A program made the position numbers and the translations under genes. A stretch of DNA of 64,000 nt, from the NCBI GenBank assembly GCA_965223345.1, contig CBDCWG010000012.1:1504001-1568000 (forward strand). Direction: 5' to 3'. The notes beneath the pieces are model-generated. The model did not search any database, was not told where the DNA came from, and was given only the letters and a program-made list of their open reading frames with translations. How positions within the stretch are numbered: position 1 is the first letter of the stretch; each line of letters starts with the position of its first letter. This DNA comes from Nitrospinales bacterium. Its GTDB lineage: Bacteria > Nitrospinota > Nitrospinia > Nitrospinales > VA-1. This document shows positions 58,444-64,000 of this stretch, piece by piece.

Positions 58444-59625
58444 TTATTCCGGCTTCGAGATGAACTGGTCGATGATGTCTTTTGCGTACGGATCTGCGGT
58501 GCGCTCGTGCATGTTGTGCAAATGCTTCCTGCCGCTGTCTCCCATTTCGAACAGCGAAGACGCGGCGTAATAACGGCACCACCAGTCTCTGTCTTCGATG
58601 AGCGCCGCGATCGAATTCATGATATTGGGGTCCTTGAGGGTGCCGAGCGCCTTCACCGCCTGTGCGCGGATGACGGGATTGTCATCTTTAAGGTTTTCCT
58701 TCAGCACGGGGATGGCTTCTTCCACACCCAGATTGCCCAGCGCTTTGATGATGTGGATTTTTTCTTCCTTGTCCTCGGAATGTTTCAACAGGCTGATCAG
58801 CAGGCTCGTGCCTTCCAGGATGTTGAAGTAGCCGATGAAGTCGATGATTTTGAGCCGCGCCCGCGACGGATAGCTCAACAGGTTCAGATCCTCGAGCGTT
58901 TCCCGGTTGATGGGTTCGCCAAAACCCAGGATCACCTCGGAAAACATTTCTTCGGAAAGCGCTTCCATCTTCAAAAGAAAGACGATGACGTTTTTCAGGA
59001 TCTTTTTGTCGCCCAGATTGATCAGGGCCGCGGCGGCGTTGAGCATGACGGTGGACTCTTTATCGTGGATCGCCTGCATCAGATCTTCGGTGGCCTCGGT
59101 CGCCTTGGCGATGCCGAGCCGGTGAGCCGCAAGCGAGCGCCTCCATTCGTGGTGGGAATGCAGAAGAAAATGCCGTTCCCGGTCGAGCAGCCCCATTTCC
59201 CGCAGGATGTTCACGAACCGGCGGAAGTAGTGGCCTTTGGTGTCCCTCAGGTAGGGCGTGATGAATTCCCAGAAACTCTCGTGGTCGTTCGGCGCCACCA
59301 TGTCTTTGAATTCTGAAAACGGGACTTCTTTTTCCATGAGCGGCAGGATGCGGGTCTCCCATTGCTTGAAATGCTCGAGTTTCCGCTTGCGCTCGATGCC
59401 GAATTTGATGTGCGCGAGAATGATGTAGATCAACAGAAAAAGCGTGATCGCGATCAGCAGGAAAACCGACAGGATGGAAAGCGTCAATATGGGTTTTTCC
59501 TGAAACAGAGCCGGAAAGGGATGCAGCAACGTTTCTTCGATGAAGCCGAAAAAAGAGGTCTGGATTCCGGTGAATTCAGGTGCTGCCCAATCCCGGAGAG
59601 CTGTCATGGGTTTCGTTTGAGACAT
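58444..59625 (-). CDS. Membrane-anchored HEAT-repeat protein
   Basis: N-terminal TM; repeats such as R..AA..LG, IRAQAVKALG, WW.RY.AA.SL. Confidence 0.85.
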   Translation of the reverse strand: MSQTKPMTALRDWAAPEFTGIQTSFFGFIEETLLHPFPALFQEKPILTLSILSVFLLIAITLFLLIYIILAHIKFGIERKRKLEHFKQWETRILPLMEKEVPFSEFKDMVAPNDHESFWEFITPYLRDTKGHYFRRFVNILREMGLLDRERHFLLHSHHEWRRSLAAHRLGIAKATEATEDLMQAIHDKESTVMLNAAAALINLGDKKILKNVIVFLLKMEALSEEMFSEVILGFGEPINRETLEDLNLLSYPSRARLKIIDFIGYFNILEGTSLLISLLKHSEDKEEKIHIIKALGNLGVEEAIPVLKENLKDDNPVIRAQAVKALGTLKDPNIMNSIAALIEDRDWWCRYYAASSLFEMGDSGRKHLHNMHERTADPYAKDIIDQFISKPE

Positions 59626-59640
59626 GGGTTGTGCGAGGGA

Positions 59641-60120
59641 TCACAACAGATCGCTGAAATCTTCATCTCCCATTGCGGAGCGTTTGCCTTTTGTGGGATA
59701 GATGAAACCTTGTGCGGCAGGGGGCGGGGTTTTCGCGTTTTCCTTTTGCGCCTGTCTGCGCCTCAGCACCTTGTTGACGCGCAGGATGAGTTCCTCGGGA
59801 CTGAACGGTTTTTTGATGTAGTCGGTGGCGCCCAGTTCCAGGCCTTTCAACACGTCTTTTTCCTGCGATTTGGAGGTCAGCATGATGACGGGGATGTGTT
59901 TCAATTCCGCGTCGCTTTTGATCTCCTGCAAAATCTGCAGCCCGTCCATATACGGGACCATCACATCGGAAAGCACCAGGTCGGGTTTCTCTTCGCGAAC
60001 GAGGACCTGCGCTTCCATGCCGTCCTCGGCCCGGATGAGGTCGTGGCCTTCCTTGCTCAACTTGTAGTCGATCACACTCCAGATGTGATTCTCGTCTTCG
60101 ATGACCAGTATTTTCGCCAT
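59641..60120 (-). CDS. Single-domain response regulator
   Basis: VIEDE, SDVMVP.MDG, MLTS, GATDYIKKPFSP. Confidence 0.9.
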   Translation of the reverse strand: MAKILVIEDENHIWSVIDYKLSKEGHDLIRAEDGMEAQVLVREEKPDLVLSDVMVPYMDGLQILQEIKSDAELKHIPVIMLTSKSQEKDVLKGLELGATDYIKKPFSPEELILRVNKVLRRRQAQKENAKTPPPAAQGFIYPTKGKRSAMGDEDFSDLL

Positions 60121-60335
60121 GCTCTTTATCGGATTCCCGGAGTTTCGTTTGGGCTTTTCGGGCCCGTTTTCACCGGCAGCGGATCCCGGTGAAAATCGAC
60201 CATACTATTGATTTTAAAGCAAAAACGTGATTTTTGATATAGATTATTCCTGTTTGCTGGCGATATTCCCACTAGATGGAATATGTGTGTAAATTAAATG
60301 GTGGGGAGGAGGCCCAGATCGGCATGCAGAACGCC

Positions 60336-62846
60336 TCAGGCCCGGTTGCCGCCGGTTTTTGGCGGTTTCCCGGCCTCGGCAAAGATGTGTCCGTGCTCGA
60401 AGCCCTGAAAGGTTTGTTCGTACAGGCCGCGGGAAACCGGGGTCTTGGTGAACTGGATGTGTTTCATCAGCCGGAATATGAGAAATCCCGCAATCAGGGC
60501 CGGCGGGATGAAAATCCAGCCGAAGGGGTCGCCGAACACCACTTTGGTCATGCCGACGATCAGAAAAATACCGGCGAGCGAGGTGACCAGCGCGCAGGTC
60601 AGCCGTTTCCAGGGAAAGACGATGTGGTGTTTTTCGTGCTTGAAATAGCGGACTTCCTCGGGCCACCAGCCGAAGGGCAGGGCGCGGGCGTAAAACCGCC
60701 GCCGCACTTCGGGCGGTTCCGGTTCGGTGCACAGGGTGGCGAGGATCCAGAACGGCAGCACCGTGACGACGCTGATGACCAGCCGGAAGGATTCTTCCTC
60801 CAGATACCAGCTGTCGCCCAAGAAGTGATCGAACAGGTAGTGGTACAGCTTGATCCCGTGCGTCAGCTCGAAATCGAACAGCGTCTGCTTCGACCAGAGC
60901 CAGGCGACGGCGGCGTCGATGGGGCCGAAGCCGTGCAGGATCACGTACATAATGAGGGAGCCGACCAGCGCCGTGAGGATCGAGTAGCTGTTGATCCTCC
61001 AGTGCCAGAACATCAGCACGGTCGGGATGCCCGCGCCCGCCAGCAGCTCGATCGCCAGCTCCCAGCCGGTGAGCAGGTTTTCCACGTGCGTGACGTAGTA
61101 GAGCAGAAGCAGGATCAGGCCGGCGATGGCGAGTTTCCCGACCAGGAATTCCTCCCATGCTGAAGGTTTCTTCGTGCGGATGGCCGACCACAGCTCGACG
61201 ATGTAGGAGCCGCCGTGGAACAACTGGCTGGTCATCGTGGACATGTATGCGCCGAATGCCACCGAAACGAACGCGCCGCCGAGAAAGCCGCCGCCGAACA
61301 GCAGAAACCCGGTGATGGCCACGCCGGCTTCGCCGTTCAAATGGACGCCGTACAGATAGATCGAGGGAACCAGAAACAGCGAAGCGATGCCCAGCACCGT
61401 CCAGGGGTGGTGCCGGACGGCGAAGGAAAATGTGGAGTGAAACAGCCCGGCGCCCACCGCGTGGAATTCGTTTTTGCAGTCCTTGAGCCGCTGCGCCGCG
61501 TAGCCGCCGATGAACGAACCGATCAGAGGTTGCAGCCCGAGCAGCACCAGCAGGCCGACGATCGAGTAGAAGATTTCGTTGACGAACGGGTAGTGCAGCA
61601 TGAGGCTTCCCATCGTATCGGGATGGGTCACGCGCTGGCCGGTGAGAAACGCGCAGATTTCATTTTTTTCGATGCCGTGCTCGTCCAGCCGTTGGATGTA
61701 AGTGTCCAGGTCGGTAATGTGTTCGGGAGGAAACAGCGCCGCGTCCAGCAGCCGTGCGGCTTTCAGCTGTTCCAGCGTTTCCTTGTTCTTGAAGCGGTGC
61801 GCCTGCGGGATGAAATTTTTTTGCCACAGTCTGTAAAAAGGATCGTCCGGGTTGTCATCGAGGGCGGCGAGCACCGCCTGCCTGCTCAATCCGGTGACAT
61901 CCGGAGAGAACACGTACTGGTTGGGCAGGTGTGAGGTTGCGAGCAGGATGTTGGCGCGCAGCAGGGCGTCCGGGTCGCTGCCGTTGCGGGCGAAAAAAGA
62001 TTTGTCCACCTTGACGAGGGAATTGCGCACCTCTCCGCTGGCGAGCGACGCTTCCCCCTTCGCCACGGTTCCCTTGATGCCGTTGTCGTCCCAGATGTGG
62101 ATCATCGCGCCGAAGAACAGCAGCGCGGCGAGGATGATCTGCGCGTTGTCGGCGAGGATCATGCCGCGAAACCCGGTGAAAATGCTGAAGACCACCACCG
62201 GCAGCAGCATGACGAAAAAGACGAAAGGGCCGGGTGCGAACGTCAGGGCGGCGTTTTCCGGAAAGGCCTGGCCGTGCGGGAGAAAGTGCGGCAAAAAATC
62301 CAGCCCGGAGAATGTGAAGTACACGCCGGAGACGTTGAACCCGAGCAGGAAAACCATCACCATGGCCTTGGACACGGTGCCCATGACGGCGTTGTTGCGC
62401 ACCAGGATTTCGATCAGGCTTTGCGTGATCATCAGGACCTTCGCGCGCTTGCCGGAAAAGCGCAACAGCGGCAGCGCGGCGTCGGCGTACAAGCGCAGCC
62501 GCACCCAGATTTCTGCGTACAGGAAGGTGCCGAGCGAAAAGGCGATCATGCCGCTCTGCCAGAACCAGTTCCAGCCGACGCCGCCTTTGGAGCGGATGAA
62601 ATCGCCGACGACGAACGGCGTGTCGCTGGCGAACATGGTGGCGATGATGCCGCCGCCCGCAACGAACCAGGTGAAGCGCTTGCCTTCATCGACGACGGAA
62701 TAGGTCTGCTTCTTGGTCTTCTCGCCGGTGCGCCAGCGGTAGTAGGCGTAGCCCATCAGCAGGATCAAAAAACAGATGAACGTCCATTGCCCGTAGGGGT
62801 TGAGATAAACGTCGTGCTGGGGCAGGGGGGCCTGGATCGGGTTCAT
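60336..62846 (-). CDS. Sodium:solute symporter (SSS) family protein with large extramembrane insert
   Basis: ATMFASDTP, GY.AQR, AYMST..SQL, G.G....L..W.R.N; many TMs. Confidence 0.85.
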   Translation of the reverse strand: MNPIQAPLPQHDVYLNPYGQWTFICFLILLMGYAYYRWRTGEKTKKQTYSVVDEGKRFTWFVAGGGIIATMFASDTPFVVGDFIRSKGGVGWNWFWQSGMIAFSLGTFLYAEIWVRLRLYADAALPLLRFSGKRAKVLMITQSLIEILVRNNAVMGTVSKAMVMVFLLGFNVSGVYFTFSGLDFLPHFLPHGQAFPENAALTFAPGPFVFFVMLLPVVVFSIFTGFRGMILADNAQIILAALLFFGAMIHIWDDNGIKGTVAKGEASLASGEVRNSLVKVDKSFFARNGSDPDALLRANILLATSHLPNQYVFSPDVTGLSRQAVLAALDDNPDDPFYRLWQKNFIPQAHRFKNKETLEQLKAARLLDAALFPPEHITDLDTYIQRLDEHGIEKNEICAFLTGQRVTHPDTMGSLMLHYPFVNEIFYSIVGLLVLLGLQPLIGSFIGGYAAQRLKDCKNEFHAVGAGLFHSTFSFAVRHHPWTVLGIASLFLVPSIYLYGVHLNGEAGVAITGFLLFGGGFLGGAFVSVAFGAYMSTMTSQLFHGGSYIVELWSAIRTKKPSAWEEFLVGKLAIAGLILLLLYYVTHVENLLTGWELAIELLAGAGIPTVLMFWHWRINSYSILTALVGSLIMYVILHGFGPIDAAVAWLWSKQTLFDFELTHGIKLYHYLFDHFLGDSWYLEEESFRLVISVVTVLPFWILATLCTEPEPPEVRRRFYARALPFGWWPEEVRYFKHEKHHIVFPWKRLTCALVTSLAGIFLIVGMTKVVFGDPFGWIFIPPALIAGFLIFRLMKHIQFTKTPVSRGLYEQTFQGFEHGHIFAEAGKPPKTGGNRA

Positions 62847-62909
62847 GAAGGGTTCGAATCCTTATTGCGTGCCGGATGAAACACGAATGCGCGATCTATG
62901 GATGCGCGG

Positions 62910-64000
62910 TCAGCCACCGGATTCTGGGTCCACGACCTCGATCCGGTTCTGCCTTTTCAGTTTTTGCACGGGAATGTCCGCAACCCGGATGCGGGTTGGA
63001 TCGTCCATGAGCAGCGTGAGTGGTTTGCCGTTCAACTGCATGCTTCGTTCGCGTGCCGCAGCGGTTTTCTCATACTCGATGCGAATCGCTTTGTTCTGAT
63101 ACCTGCCTTCAAATTGAAATTGCTGCAAAGGGCTCGAGGGATCGGGCTGGATCCGCAGCCGGTCGAACTCGGGCCGGAACCCGAACACATACCAGATCAG
63201 GATTTTCAACAGCACATTGGAGCTTCCGGTCTGCCAATCGTTCATCGACTCGCCATCCAAGCCGAGTTCCGGGTTGTGCAGGTAGGAATTGGGGATGACG
63301 AACGGCGTCAGATTGTAGTTTGCGTGGATGCTTGTGAACGGAAGCAGCTTTTCCAGCTGCGCCCAGGCTTTTTCCGATTCCCCGATGGCGAACAGCGACG
63401 CGACCGCGAACAGGGTGGCGTGGTTGTAGGTCGCGCCGTTTTCCGCCGTGCCGGGCGGCAGCTTGGGGATGCGGCCGAACCATTGCTCTGTACCGCGGGC
63501 GAACGCCGGATGAAAGGTGCGCAATCCGTATTTGTCGTCCAGGGTTTCGTATGCGTCGAGGATCGCTGCGCGCAAATCCAGAGCGTCGTTTTGTTTCGCG
63601 TCCTGGTGCAGGCCGCTCAGGATCCAGAACGCGTGGCTGGTGAGGCTCAAGCGGGAGAATCCGTCCGGGTCCTGAAAGCCGCCCACCGTGTATTGCGCCC
63701 GGTCTCCGAAACCGTGCGCGATTCTTTTTTTCCCCTTCGATTCGAGGACGGCGTTGCGGGTGAGACCCGAATAGAGTTTCCGCATCGCGGTCTGGCAGCG
63801 GCGGATTTCGGTTTTGTGTTTTTTCCCGCATTTGAGGAAGGACAGCAGGGCGATCATGTCGGCGCAGTTCTTATAGAGCTGCAGGCTGCCCATCACCGTG
63901 GTGCCGGTTCCGTAGGGCTCTCCCTTTTTGCGCGTGAAACCCAGACCGTCGAGGGCGTCGTTCCAGTCGCCGTACAGCGCCTTCAGCAGTTTCGTGTCGG
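62910..64000 (-). CDS. GH94 glycoside phosphorylase, C-terminal part (5' end outside window)
   Basis: Frame extends past the window edge; YGDWNDALDG, PGTAENGATYNHA, WQTGS motifs. Confidence 0.9.
   Translation of the reverse strand, partial: DTKLLKALYGDWNDALDGLGFTRKKGEPYGTGTTVMGSLQLYKNCADMIALLSFLKCGKKHKTEIRRCQTAMRKLYSGLTRNAVLESKGKKRIAHGFGDRAQYTVGGFQDPDGFSRLSLTSHAFWILSGLHQDAKQNDALDLRAAILDAYETLDDKYGLRTFHPAFARGTEQWFGRIPKLPPGTAENGATYNHATLFAVASLFAIGESEKAWAQLEKLLPFTSIHANYNLTPFVIPNSYLHNPELGLDGESMNDWQTGSSNVLLKILIWYVFGFRPEFDRLRIQPDPSSPLQQFQFEGRYQNKAIRIEYEKTAAARERSMQLNGKPLTLLMDDPTRIRVADIPVQKLKRQNRIEVVDPESGG

Noticed and set aside
1..64000. CRISPR arrays, tRNA/rRNA, prophage or integrase genes
   Set aside because: No regularly spaced repeats or recognisable signatures seen; by-eye screening could miss a tRNA.

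Overview
Gene-dense bacterial chromosomal window, GC-rich except for a visibly AT-richer signalling block at ~8.1-23.4 kb. The gene content is reminiscent of a marine Nitrospina-like or Deltaproteobacteria-like organism, but that is an unverified inference. In order: (1) end of a 2-oxoacid:ferredoxin oxidoreductase operon (gamma-delta fusion, alpha, partial beta); (2) GT4 + AlkP/EEP fusion, a receiver protein and a PRTase; (3) two divergent signalling operons, including two tandem histidine kinases sharing an ~850-bp near-identical transmitter, a heme-c/NarX-like sensor, HDOD and degenerate HD-GYP outputs, and a hybrid kinase-CheR cassette; (4) an osmotic/general-stress island (TrkH/A, two MscS, YqaE, DUF4112, two DUF1328, two CsbD-like, OsmY, ferritin-like) with five sigma54 -24/-12 promoters, a recurring GGTG-N6-CACC-like candidate enhancer and a local sigma54 activator whose receiver lacks the phosphoacceptor Asp; (5) an Mrp antiporter operon with a Usp gene inserted; (6) the most unusual part, ~48.3-60.1 kb: a putative synthase-dependent exopolysaccharide locus (GH-like protein, TPR+beta-barrel, processive GT2, HEAT, RR) enclosing a dedicated protein-sorting cassette. 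That cassette has two tiny basic secreted proteins with a shared, unfamiliar C-terminal signal (WCRRNPDxCxPPTVSELPVHY-TM-LRRR), an exosortase whose catalytic Cys is replaced by Ser, and an EpsI domain fused to a glycosidase-like domain; (7) an SSS symporter and a partial GH94 phosphorylase. No rRNA, tRNA, CRISPR or transposase was recognised. All family calls are from motif recognition by eye; no database searches were run.
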